Positions 47,887 through 56,835 of a DNA stretch of 64,000 bases are shown piece after piece. The DNA comes from an uncultured bacterium (GTDB lineage: Bacteria; Verrucomicrobiota; Kiritimatiellia; CAIKKV01; CALHGX01). The first letter of the stretch is position 1. Every line of letters starts with the position of its first letter. Both the position numbers and the translations under genes were made by a program. The DNA is taken from positions 15,787 through 79,786 of the forward strand of contig CALHGX010000008.1 in assembly GCA_938031185.1 (NCBI GenBank), written 5' to 3'. Under the pieces are notes generated by a model. The model was not told the DNA's origin. It was given only the letters and a program-made list of their open reading frames with translations, and searched no databases.

Positions 47887-47916
47887 AGTAAAGACGGCGG
47901 CCCGCGTGGTTGTCAA
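47887..47916 (-). promoter_or_regulatory. candidate sigma70-type promoter (TTGACA-18 nt-TTTACT) upstream of the CNNM genes
   Basis: Perfect -35 on the minus strand (plus-strand tgtcaa at 47911-47916). -10 at 47887-47892. Lies in the only sizeable gap (133 nt) of the glyQS-to-DUF112 chain. Confidence 0.3.
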
Positions 47917-47945
47917 TGGAGAAGCGAGACGCGTCCCGGCGCCGA

Positions 47946-48791
47946 TTACGGCGGGGTTTCCGCCTCCACGGAGCGGGGTTCCGTCGGGACGCCGTCGCGG
48001 GCCATGTCGCGCACACGGAGAACGGTGACGAGGCCGGAGGCCACATCGCGAGCTTCCATGTCTTTGATCATCCAGTCGTCGCCGATCTTCTTGAAACTCT
48101 TGACCGAGAGACGGCGGACGAGCGCACCCTGCCGATCGTAGCCTTCGGCCTGCAGCAGCATTCCGACGCGCGTGTCGAGCCAGAGCCGCATGCGGGCGTA
48201 GGCCCCGGCGTCCTTCGGAGGCCAGATGTCCAGCACCCAGCACGGCTGCTGTTTGACTTCCTGCCGGCCGATCGTAACGCCCTCGGTCCACCATAGGAAG
48301 GACAGCGTGAGGTCCAGCCATGTCAGCGCGGTGCCCTCGACCGGGCGCAGCGGGTCGGACAGAGGTTCCGGGGCGGAAGCGCCGCGGCGTTGGTGGTCAA
48401 ACGTCGGCGGTTGTTGATTGCCGCGCAATGCGATCAGGCGTTCTCGTTCGTCGCCGAAGGCGTCGGCGATCCGGTAAACGGCGAGGAACCGATCCTCATC
48501 GAAAGAGAAGCTCGCCTCCAGGCCCAAGGTCTGACGTGCATGGTTCTCACCGGGTCGGCGCGTGACGAGGGAGCCGCTGATGGTGAAAGCGCCCCGCGGC
48601 AACCGGGCCGCGGCGCCTTCGAGGAGTTCGCGGGCGGAGGGGCGGGACCGTGCATTCTGCGCCGCTTCAAGCGGGATATGCTCGACGTCCCTGCCGGGGG
48701 GCGAGAACAGCTCCGCCTGTGCGAAACAAAGGCCGGCGATCGGCGTAGCGAGGAGCGGCACGGCTCGCGTGATGGTCGAGGGCCGTCTCAT
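47946..48791 (-). CDS. LolA-like outer-membrane lipoprotein-sorting family protein (tentative), secreted
   Basis: Signal-like MRRPSTITRAVPLLATPIAGLCFAQA. C-terminal pattern WVLDIWPPKD...RMRLWLD...VKSFKKIGDDWM resembles the LolA_like family. The ATG overlaps the glyQS stop as ATGA. Confidence 0.5.
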   Translation of the reverse strand: MRRPSTITRAVPLLATPIAGLCFAQAELFSPPGRDVEHIPLEAAQNARSRPSARELLEGAAARLPRGAFTISGSLVTRRPGENHARQTLGLEASFSFDEDRFLAVYRIADAFGDERERLIALRGNQQPPTFDHQRRGASAPEPLSDPLRPVEGTALTWLDLTLSFLWWTEGVTIGRQEVKQQPCWVLDIWPPKDAGAYARMRLWLDTRVGMLLQAEGYDRQGALVRRLSVKSFKKIGDDWMIKDMEARDVASGLVTVLRVRDMARDGVPTEPRSVEAETPP

Positions 48792-50218
48792 CCGATGCGG
48801 TTTTCCAGTTCTTCGCGGAGCCGGCCCACGGAAACGCGTTCCTGCCGCATGGAGTCCCGCTCCCGAAGCGTGACGGTCTGGTCGCTCAAGGTCTGGAAGT
48901 CCACCGTGATGCCGAAGGGGGTGCCGATTTCATCCTGCCGCCGATAGCGTCGGCCAATGGCGCCGGTTTGATCCCAGAAGCACATCCAGCGGCGGCGCAA
49001 CGTTTCGAATATCTGCCGGGCGGCCTGCACCAGCTCGGGTTTGTTTTTTAGCAGCGGGAAGACGGCAACCTTGATCGGGGCCACACAGGGCGCGAAACCG
49101 AGGACGGTCCGCATCTCAAAGCCCTCGGGCGGCGGCGTGTTCGGCTCGGCGGGCAGAATCTGTCCGTCCTTGCCGATCCATTCCTCCCGGTAGGCGTTGC
49201 AGAGCAACGCGAGCGCGATGCGATCCACGCCGGCGGATGGTTCCACGACGTGGGGGACGAACTTCTCCTGCGTGTCCGGGTCGAAGTACTCCATGGACTT
49301 GCCGCTGAACTCCTGATGGCGGCTCAAATCGAACGCGCCTCGGGCGGCAATGCCTTCGAGTTCCTGCACCCCGAAGGGGAAGGCGTACATGATGTCGGTG
49401 CAGGCGCCGGCATAGTGGGCGAGCTCGTCCTTTCGGTAGACGTACGGCTGAAGGCTCGAAGCCGGCAGGCCGATGGATTCGTACCACTTGAGACGTTCGG
49501 CCACCCAGTACGCATGCCATTCGGCGTCCGTGCCGGGTTTGACGAAGAACTCGAGTTCCATCTGCTCGAATTCCCGCGACCGGAAGGTGAAGTTGCGGGG
49601 GTTGATTTCGTTGCGGAAGGCCTTGCCGATTTGGGCGATGCCGAACGGCACCTTCTGCCGCGAAACGGCGAGAATGTTGCCAAATTGGGCGAATATGCCC
49701 TGGGCGGTCTCAGGACGCAGGTAGGCGACGGCTGATTCCTCCTCCACCGGTCCCACGAACGTCTTGAACATCAGATTGAAAGCGCGGGGCTCGGTCAGTT
49801 CCTGCGCGCCGCAAGCGGGGCACTTGGCGCCGGCGGGCAGACGAAGCTGCCGTTCGGCGGCGCTGCCGGTTTCGTGTTCCGGCCCGACCTCTTCGTACAG
49901 TTGATCCGCGCGGAAGCGTTTCTTGCAGGCGCGGCAGTCCACCATCGGATCGGTGAACCCCTGCACGTGGCCCGAGGCCTCCCAAACGCGCGGGTGCATG
50001 ATGATGGCGCTGTCGAGCCCGACCACGTCGTCCCGACTTTGCACGATGTGCCTCCACCAGAGCTGCTTGATGTTGCGTTTCAGTTCACAGCCCAGGGGGC
50101 CGTAGTCCCAGAATCCGTTCAAGCCGCCGTAGATTTCCGAGGTCTGGAAGATGAACCCGCGGCGCTTGCAGAGCGAGGCCAAGGCCTCCAAGGATACCGA
50201 AGAGGAGGTGTTTGTCAT
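48788..50218 (-). CDS. glyQS: glycine--tRNA ligase, homodimeric (alpha2) class II type
   Basis: LCKRRGFIFQTSEIYGGLNGFWDYGPLG N-terminus. Class II motifs. 476 aa from the internal ATG MTNTSS. Confidence 0.92.
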   Translation of the reverse strand: MTNTSSSVSLEALASLCKRRGFIFQTSEIYGGLNGFWDYGPLGCELKRNIKQLWWRHIVQSRDDVVGLDSAIIMHPRVWEASGHVQGFTDPMVDCRACKKRFRADQLYEEVGPEHETGSAAERQLRLPAGAKCPACGAQELTEPRAFNLMFKTFVGPVEEESAVAYLRPETAQGIFAQFGNILAVSRQKVPFGIAQIGKAFRNEINPRNFTFRSREFEQMELEFFVKPGTDAEWHAYWVAERLKWYESIGLPASSLQPYVYRKDELAHYAGACTDIMYAFPFGVQELEGIAARGAFDLSRHQEFSGKSMEYFDPDTQEKFVPHVVEPSAGVDRIALALLCNAYREEWIGKDGQILPAEPNTPPPEGFEMRTVLGFAPCVAPIKVAVFPLLKNKPELVQAARQIFETLRRRWMCFWDQTGAIGRRYRRQDEIGTPFGITVDFQTLSDQTVTLRERDSMRQERVSVGRLREELENRIG

Positions 50219-50401
50219 GGGGCTGTATCCTGTGCGAGAGGGCGCCGTTGGCGCAAGAGAATTTTCGAACAGGACTGTGCCGGGGATCTTGAGAATGCAA
50301 TCAGGTTGGCGAGGATGAGGGGTTGACGGCTCTCGGACATGGGAAAGAGGCGAAGTTGCGGATTGATCGGCGCGTCCCGCCGGATTAGATTTCGGAAGTC
50401 C

Positions 50402-51742
50402 ATGAAGGGAAAGCGCGTCATCACGGCTCTTGTTTACCCGTCGGAAGAGCTGAACGGCCTCCTGCGAATGCCGGGCGACAAGAGCATTTCGCACCGGGTG
50501 GCATTGCTGGCAGCGCTGTCCGACGGCCTCAGTCGGGCAGAGGGCTTCCTTAATAGCGAGGACAGCCGGACGTTGCTTGCCGCCTTGGAACAGCTGGGCG
50601 TGCGGCATGAGCTGCACGAGGACATTCTGACGGTTGAAGCGGAAGGAGGTCGTTTTCGGGCGCCCGCCGACGCGTTGGACATGGGCAATTCGGGAACCGG
50701 AATGCGTTTGCTGGCCGGTGTGCTAGCCGGGCAGCCGTTCACCAGTGTCATGACGGGAGACGCCTCGCTTAGCCGTCGCCCTATGGGGCGAATCAAGGAT
50801 CCGCTGGAACGGATGGGCGCGCGTGTGGAGCTGTTGGGTGCGAACGGCCGGCCCCCGGTGAGGATTTACGGCGGGGCCCTTCGGGGGGTGCGCTACGAAT
50901 TGCCGGTCGCGTCGGCGCAGGTCAAGTCCTGCGTGCTATTGGCCGGTTTGCTGGCTCAGGGGCTGACCACGGTGGTGGAGCGGCAGCCGACTCGGGACCA
51001 CACGGAAAGATTGTTGCAAGCGATGGGGGTGCCGATCGAAACAGACGGACAGGAGATTCGCATTCAAGGACGAGGCTCCGCGATGGCGCGCCTGCCTGCG
51101 CGGGCCTGGTTGGTGCCGGGTGACTTCTCCTCTGCGGCATTTTGGATCACGGCGGCGGCGGTACAGCCCGGACGGCGGATCGAGATCGAACGGGTCGGCC
51201 TCAACCCGCGGCGGACGGCTCTGCTGAACGTCTTGCGGCGGATGGGGGCGGATATTCTGGTGGAGCCGACCGAAGAACAACGGGCGTGCGAGCCGGTGGG
51301 GCGGATCGTTGTGCGGGGCCGGGCGTTGCATGCGACGGAAGTCGGCGGCGCGGAGATTCCCGATCTCATTGACGAATTGCCGTTGGCGGCAGTGGCCGGC
51401 GCGCTGGCGCAGGGGCGGACGGTGATCCGGGATGCCGCGGAACTGCGGGTGAAGGAATCGGATCGCATCGCCGTGATGGCAGAGCATCTGCGGGCCATGG
51501 GCGTGCGGGTGGAGGAGCGGCCGGATGGTTTGGCGGTGGAGGGGCCCGCGAGGCTCCGGGGCGGGGTGACGGTGGACAGCCGGGGTGATCATCGGATTCC
51601 GATGGCGCTATCCGTTTTGGCGTTTTCAGGGGAGGGACCGGTTCGGATGCTCGATGTCGCCTGCGTGGCCAAGTCGTATCCGGCTTTCTGGGCGGATTTG
51701 AGGAAAGTGGGCGGACGTGTCGAATTGGATTGTGGCGATTGA
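50402..51742 (+). CDS. aroA: 3-phosphoshikimate 1-carboxyvinyltransferase (EPSP synthase)
   Basis: MPGDKSISHRVALLAAL, NSGTGMRLL and ELRVKESDRI motifs. 446 aa. Confidence 0.92.
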   Translation: MKGKRVITALVYPSEELNGLLRMPGDKSISHRVALLAALSDGLSRAEGFLNSEDSRTLLAALEQLGVRHELHEDILTVEAEGGRFRAPADALDMGNSGTGMRLLAGVLAGQPFTSVMTGDASLSRRPMGRIKDPLERMGARVELLGANGRPPVRIYGGALRGVRYELPVASAQVKSCVLLAGLLAQGLTTVVERQPTRDHTERLLQAMGVPIETDGQEIRIQGRGSAMARLPARAWLVPGDFSSAAFWITAAAVQPGRRIEIERVGLNPRRTALLNVLRRMGADILVEPTEEQRACEPVGRIVVRGRALHATEVGGAEIPDLIDELPLAAVAGALAQGRTVIRDAAELRVKESDRIAVMAEHLRAMGVRVEERPDGLAVEGPARLRGGVTVDSRGDHRIPMALSVLAFSGEGPVRMLDVACVAKSYPAFWADLRKVGGRVELDCGD

Positions 51743-52415
51743 CGGACCTTCGGCTTCCGGGAAGTCCACGGTGGCGCGAGAGGCCGCGAAGCGGCTGGGT
51801 GGCGTCTATGTGGATTCGGGCGCGCTTTATCGGGGCGTGACGTGGAAGGTGCTTCAGCAAGGACTGGCCGCGGACGATTCGGACGTGGTGGCGCGGGCGT
51901 TGGGGGCCATGCGCGTGACGTTCCGATTGGAAGACGGGGCGGTGCGGTTCTGCATAGACGGCGATGATCCCGGGGCCGCCATACGGTCGGAAGAAGTGGC
52001 CGGCAGTGTGAGCCACGTGGCCGCCGTGCCGGAGGTGCGGCAGGCCGTGACCGGCTGGTTGCGCGAGATGACGCGCTTTGGCCCCCTGGTGATGGAAGGG
52101 CGCGACATTGGCACGGTCGTATTTCCTGAAACCCCGTTCAAATTTTTTCTTACCGCGCGCGCGGATGTGCGGGCTCGGCGGCGGCGGCAGGACCTGGCCC
52201 GGCAGCAGGAGGAGTTGGATGAGGGGCAGGTGTTATGCTCGCTTTGCCGGCGGGACGAGATGGACAGCGCGCGGCCGGCCGCTCCGTTGCGTGCGGCGCC
52301 GGACGCGATCATGTTGGACACGTCGGATATGACGATCGAGTCGGTGGTGCGGCATGTTGTGGAAGCGGTGCGCCGGCACGATCGCGGCGCGGAGCCTGGA
52401 GGCGCGGATCGGTGA
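51717..52415 (+). CDS. cmk: cytidylate kinase
   Basis: IAIDGPSASGKST P-loop, DSGALYR, MEGRDIGT. GTG start, 26-nt overlap with aroA. Confidence 0.9.
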   Translation: MSNWIVAIDGPSASGKSTVAREAAKRLGGVYVDSGALYRGVTWKVLQQGLAADDSDVVARALGAMRVTFRLEDGAVRFCIDGDDPGAAIRSEEVAGSVSHVAAVPEVRQAVTGWLREMTRFGPLVMEGRDIGTVVFPETPFKFFLTARADVRARRRRQDLARQQEELDEGQVLCSLCRRDEMDSARPAAPLRAAPDAIMLDTSDMTIESVVRHVVEAVRRHDRGAEPGGADR

Positions 52416-53452
52416 ACGACGAGGCGCCGCGGAGCATATTGGTGGTGAAGCTCAGTTCGCTGGGCGATGTGGTGCACGCCACGCCCTGCCTGCGCGCGAT
52501 CCGGCGCCGATGTCCCCAGACGCGGTTGTTTCTGGCCGTTGATTCGCGGAACGCGGATATCGTGCGGCACAATCCGAACCTGGACGGCCTGGTTGAGGCC
52601 CGCCGCGAAACCAACCTCCTGCGACAGTGGGCGCTCATGCGGCAGACGCTCGGCAACGAGGGGGGGGCAGACGGCTGGGACCTGGCATTGGATTTGCAGG
52701 GCACCTGGCGCAGCGCCGCCTGGGTATATGCCAGCGGCGCCCGCCACAAGGAGGGACGGGGCATGTTCCGGCCCGGCTGGGATTGGGCCTGTGAGCCCGA
52801 TCCAAACCAGCATGCCGTGAAGGTCTGCGCTGAACTCTCGCGTCGCGCCGGATTTCCGGCGGAGGACTTGGAACCGGAAGTGCATTTGTCGCCGCAGGAC
52901 GACGAGGCGACGGAATCGGTATTGCGTTCGGAAGGGTTTCCGCCACGTGGTTTCGTGCTGCTCAATCCCTTCAGTCGTTGGCGCTCGAAGGAATGGCCGC
53001 TGGACCGTTATGCGGAGCTGGTGCGGCGGATTGGCGGCGCCTTCAACGTGCCTTTCGTGGTAAGCGGCGGTGCTTCGGAGGCCCATGGCGCGCAGTGTCT
53101 GGTCGAGGCGGCTAGGGGGCGACACATTTGTTCGGTGGCTGGGCGGCTCACGCTGGGGCAGGCGGCCTGTTTGTTCGCACGAGCGGCGCTGATGGTGACC
53201 GGCGACTCTGGACCGATGCATGTTGCGGCTGCGCTGGGAACCCCCGTCGTGGCGCTCTTTGGGCCCACGTTTCCCGAACGAACAGGCCCGTGGGGCCAGA
53301 GTCATGTGGTTATTCAATATCGGCGGCCACCATCGCATCACACCTATCGGTCCGATCCTGCGGCTATCTACATGCGCGCGATTCCGGTGGAAGCCGTTGT
53401 TGAAGCTGTGAGCCGAAAGCTGTCGGAACAGCTGGCGGGTAATGGCGGATGA
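52412..53452 (+). CDS. glycosyltransferase family 9 (LPS heptosyltransferase-like)
   Basis: ILVVKLSSLGDVVHATPCLRAIR N-terminus. C-terminal GDSGPMHVAAALGTPVVALFGPT. GTG at 52412 with GGAGG 9 nt upstream, overlapping the cmk stop as GTGA. The upstream part of ORF 52235.. lies inside cmk. Confidence 0.75.
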   Translation: MNDEAPRSILVVKLSSLGDVVHATPCLRAIRRRCPQTRLFLAVDSRNADIVRHNPNLDGLVEARRETNLLRQWALMRQTLGNEGGADGWDLALDLQGTWRSAAWVYASGARHKEGRGMFRPGWDWACEPDPNQHAVKVCAELSRRAGFPAEDLEPEVHLSPQDDEATESVLRSEGFPPRGFVLLNPFSRWRSKEWPLDRYAELVRRIGGAFNVPFVVSGGASEAHGAQCLVEAARGRHICSVAGRLTLGQAACLFARAALMVTGDSGPMHVAAALGTPVVALFGPTFPERTGPWGQSHVVIQYRRPPSHHTYRSDPAAIYMRAIPVEAVVEAVSRKLSEQLAGNGG

Positions 53453-54489
53453 GAGCCGTTGTTTTTCTGCCGAACTGGGTGGGCGACGTAATCATGGCCA
53501 CACCCGCGATGAGGGCCTTAAGAAGGCTGTGGGGGCCCGGGGCCGAGATCATCGGCGTGGCTCGTCCCTATGTGGCGCCGGTGTTGGACGGCGCCACCTG
53601 CTTAAGCGCTATGTGGCTTTACGAGACGTCGGCCCACGATGCGACGCTGGGGGCAGGCAACCTGGTGCGACGGCTCCGAGAAACGGCGGTGGACGTGGCG
53701 GTCCTGTTCCCTAACTCGTTCCGCTGTGCATGGTTGGCGTGGCGCGGCGGTGTGCGGCGGCGGGTGGGGATGGCGCGCTACGGGCGAGGGCCGTTGTTGA
53801 CGGACCCGATTCGGCCCTTGCGGGAAGGTTGGAAATTGAGGCCGGTTTCTGCACTCGACGAGTACTTGCGAGTGGTCTATGCGCTGGGCTGCAAGCCCGA
53901 GTCGCCACGCATGGAGTTGGTTACGACCATGGAGGAGGAGCAACAGGCGCAGAGAGTGTGGCAGCAACTGGGCCTTGGCGATGCCTCGGTAATTGCCTTC
54001 AATATTGGTGGCGCTTATGGCCCGGCGAAGAGGTGGCCAGAAGAATATTTTGTGGACCTGGCCAGGCAGTTGATGGCAGATGAGCCCTGCAAGGTGCTCG
54101 TACTTTGCGGCCCGGCGGAGCGCGAGGCGGCGGACCGCATTGCCGTGGCTGCAGGGGCGCAAAGTCTGGCAGCTTTTCCTCCCTCGCTGGGATTACTAAA
54201 AGGCTGTCTGCGGCGGAGCCGAGTGCTGGTGACGACCGACAGCGGGCCGCGCCATATTGCCGCCGCATTCGGCCGGCCGGTGGTGACGCTGTTTGGGCCT
54301 ACGGATGAGGCGTGGACGGACATACATTACAAAAGAGAGATGCGACTGAGCGTGCCCGTGCCCTGCCGTCCTTGCTCGCGCCGCGTCTGCCCGCTCGGAC
54401 ATCACCGTTGCATGCGGGAATTGAAGGTGGAACTCGTCCGAACGGCCGTGTGCGAGGCGCTGCGGATGTCCGCGCCGGTCGAGGCATAG
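53449..54489 (+). CDS. glycosyltransferase family 9 (WaaF/heptosyltransferase II-like)
   Basis: MRAVVFLPNWVGDVIMATPAMRAL. TDSGPRHIAAAFGRPVVTLFGPT. ATGA overlap with the preceding GT9 gene. Confidence 0.8.
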   Translation: MRAVVFLPNWVGDVIMATPAMRALRRLWGPGAEIIGVARPYVAPVLDGATCLSAMWLYETSAHDATLGAGNLVRRLRETAVDVAVLFPNSFRCAWLAWRGGVRRRVGMARYGRGPLLTDPIRPLREGWKLRPVSALDEYLRVVYALGCKPESPRMELVTTMEEEQQAQRVWQQLGLGDASVIAFNIGGAYGPAKRWPEEYFVDLARQLMADEPCKVLVLCGPAEREAADRIAVAAGAQSLAAFPPSLGLLKGCLRRSRVLVTTDSGPRHIAAAFGRPVVTLFGPTDEAWTDIHYKREMRLSVPVPCRPCSRRVCPLGHHRCMRELKVELVRTAVCEALRMSAPVEA

Positions 54490-54611
54490 TTTGCCGGCCT
54501 CCTCTTGGATCAGGCGCTTTCGCAAGAATCTTTCATTGCGGGTGCTCTTTTTCTCGACAACACGCGGCCCGTGGTCTATGCACGACGAGGGACGGCCCCC
54601 TCTCGCTCAAG

Positions 54612-55802
54612 ATGGCCGACGGGAGACCGCGCGTGACATCCTCGGAGATACTGAACTGCCTGCCTCAATTCAAGGGGATTGCGCTGGAGTTGAGGGACGT
54701 CTTGCTCGCGAATATCGCCATGATGGGGGAAATTCTGGCCCCGTCCGGCACTGAACAAGATCGTGTGCGGTTCTTCCTGGAACGGCTGGCCGATTCGGAG
54801 GTGCAGTGCTCAACGGACGAGAATGGCAGCGGCATTGGGGTATTGATGGGAGAGGATGCGGCGCGCAACATCGTTTTCGCGACGAACGCCGACAGTTTGG
54901 TGCGGGACGATGCGGATCAAACAATCGAGATCGCGTCGGATCGTATTGTGGGGCCGTTTGTGGGAGACAACAGCGTGGCGATGGCCGCTTTGGCTGTTTT
55001 GCCGTTGGCGTTGGAACGGATGGGGATCCGTTTGAAATCCAACTTGGTGCTGTTGGCGGCGGCGCGCATGCTCGAACGGTCGGATCACCACGGCCTGCGA
55101 GCTTTTCTTGATCACTTTCCGGGCGCCGTTCGGGCGGGTGTTTGCGTCGAGAGCGTGCAGTTGGGTCGTTTGAACTTCCGGGGGTTGGGGCTTTTGAAGG
55201 GGGAAATTGTCTGTCGGCTGCCGGAGGACTACGACTGGGCGCAGTACGGCACCACCGGCACGATTACGCCCATGAGCGAAATTATTGCCCAGATCAATCG
55301 AATTGCCGTGCCGCGTGATCCCAAGACCTCGATCGTGATGGGGGCGATACGCGGCGGAATTTCCGGTCACACCATTGCGCGGCAGACGAACCTGTTGTTC
55401 GAGATTCGCAGCGAGTCCGGGGAGTTGCTGGAACAGATTCGGCAACGGGTGGAGGATATCGTCGAGGACGTTGGGGCGGCGTCGGGGATGAAGGCGCGGA
55501 TTGAATTTTATGCGCGGCGTCCTCCAGGAGGGCTTGAAATATCGCATCCGCTGGTGCGCTGCGCTCGGGACGTGCTCAACGGATTGCAGGTCGCCCCCAT
55601 GATGTATCCCACGATCGGCTACCTCAGTGCGTTCCTGTCGAGAAAGATTCCGGCGGTAACGATCGGCTGCACAACGGGCGAGCGGCGTGGCGAGCTAGAC
55701 GAGATTGACGAAGCGATTCAGGTGGCTCCGCTTTTCTCTGGGGTGGCTCAGATGATGGCATTGGCCTTACTGCTGGATGGAGGTGCGGCGGATGGCGGCT
55801 GA
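54612..55802 (+). CDS. M20/M42 peptidase-fold protein, possibly with substituted metal ligands
   Basis: 396 aa from the internal ATG MADGRP. Segments FATNADSLV, VGDNSVAMAAL and MLERSDHHGLRAF align by eye with the H-x-D, D-(D/N)-x-G and EE-x-G-x-x-G motifs of M20/M42 enzymes. The upstream part of ORF 54312.. overlaps the GT9 gene. Confidence 0.5.
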   Translation: MADGRPRVTSSEILNCLPQFKGIALELRDVLLANIAMMGEILAPSGTEQDRVRFFLERLADSEVQCSTDENGSGIGVLMGEDAARNIVFATNADSLVRDDADQTIEIASDRIVGPFVGDNSVAMAALAVLPLALERMGIRLKSNLVLLAAARMLERSDHHGLRAFLDHFPGAVRAGVCVESVQLGRLNFRGLGLLKGEIVCRLPEDYDWAQYGTTGTITPMSEIIAQINRIAVPRDPKTSIVMGAIRGGISGHTIARQTNLLFEIRSESGELLEQIRQRVEDIVEDVGAASGMKARIEFYARRPPGGLEISHPLVRCARDVLNGLQVAPMMYPTIGYLSAFLSRKIPAVTIGCTTGERRGELDEIDEAIQVAPLFSGVAQMMALALLLDGGAADGG

Positions 55803-56835
55803 ACGGGAGCGGAGTCAAGGGGTTGACGATGCCCGCGGAGCGAAGCAGAGTGTGTCCGGACGCATTCGGGACTGGCTTGGCCGCAACACCTTCCATTATT
55901 CGGAGTTCTCGGACCTGCGGGCCCTTGTTCGGGACAAGGAGGCGCGCGGGCTGACGATATCGCTGTGCATTCCCACGTTGAACGAAGAGAAAACGATCGG
56001 GAAGGAGATCGTCGTTTTCAGGTCGGAACTGATGACCCGTTTCCCGTTGGTTGACGAAATAGCGGTGATGGATTCGGGGTCCGACGATCGGACCCGAGAA
56101 GTGGCGGCCGATTATGGGGCAAACGTGTATATGGCCGCAGATATTTTGCCGGAAATGGGCGCCAGACGCGGGAAGGGGGAGAACCTGTGGAAGGCGATCT
56201 ATCAACTTCGCGGCGATGTGATTGTGTATGTGGACGCAGATATCAAGAACATCCGGCCACACTTCGTCTATGGCCTCATTGGCCCGTTGATCCGCCGACC
56301 GGAAGTGAGTTACGTCAAGGCGTTCTATGAGCGGCCGTGGGTAACATCGGACGGCGTTCGCCCGTCCGGGGGCGGGCGGGTGACGGAAATTCTGGTGCGG
56401 CCGCTTCTTTCGCTGTTCTTTCCAGAGTTGACGGCGCTGATCCAACCGCTTTCGGGGGAATATGCGGTGCGTCGCCAAGTGCTGGAGCGCATCCCGTTCC
56501 CGATCGGGTACGGCGTTGAAACGGCGCATCTGATAGACGTGTATTATCGCTGGGGGTTGGACGCGTTCGCGCAGACGGATATCAGTCAGCGAGTGCATCG
56601 CAACCAGCCCACTCGTGATCTGGGCCGCATGGCGTTCGGGATTTTGCAGACGTTTTTCTCGCGGCTGGATTCGCTGGGGCTGGCTGCTGAATTGCCTGAC
56701 CGCGCCACGATCTTGCGGCAGTTTCTCGTGCGCGACGGCGTCCACGAGCAACAGGAATATGATCTGAAGGAAGAGGAGCGTCCGCCGATGATCGATGTGC
56801 CGGCCTATCGGGCCCGACGGGGGCTTTTGCCGTGA
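55792..56835 (+). CDS. gpgS: glucosyl-3-phosphoglycerate synthase (GT81)
   Basis: ISLCIPTLNEEKTIG, RRGKGENLWKA, VYVDADI, GGGRVTEILVRPLL, PLSGEYAVRR and GYGVETAHLIDV motifs. Start is ATG 55792 or the earlier in-frame start codon at 55777; 11-nt overlap with the upstream gene. Confidence 0.75.
   Translation: MAAERERSQGVDDARGAKQSVSGRIRDWLGRNTFHYSEFSDLRALVRDKEARGLTISLCIPTLNEEKTIGKEIVVFRSELMTRFPLVDEIAVMDSGSDDRTREVAADYGANVYMAADILPEMGARRGKGENLWKAIYQLRGDVIVYVDADIKNIRPHFVYGLIGPLIRRPEVSYVKAFYERPWVTSDGVRPSGGGRVTEILVRPLLSLFFPELTALIQPLSGEYAVRRQVLERIPFPIGYGVETAHLIDVYYRWGLDAFAQTDISQRVHRNQPTRDLGRMAFGILQTFFSRLDSLGLAAELPDRATILRQFLVRDGVHEQQEYDLKEEERPPMIDVPAYRARRGLLP

Noticed and set aside
46544-56751. Other long antisense ORFs: 46544..47749 (+), 51854..53341 (-), 55624..56751 (-); also 24705..25862 (-) and 20060..21094 (+) elsewhere
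   Set aside because: Each lies opposite a gene with clear motifs (CNNM, cmk/GT9, gpgS, the DHS-like gene, FHA/pyrC) and has a biased, low-complexity composition.
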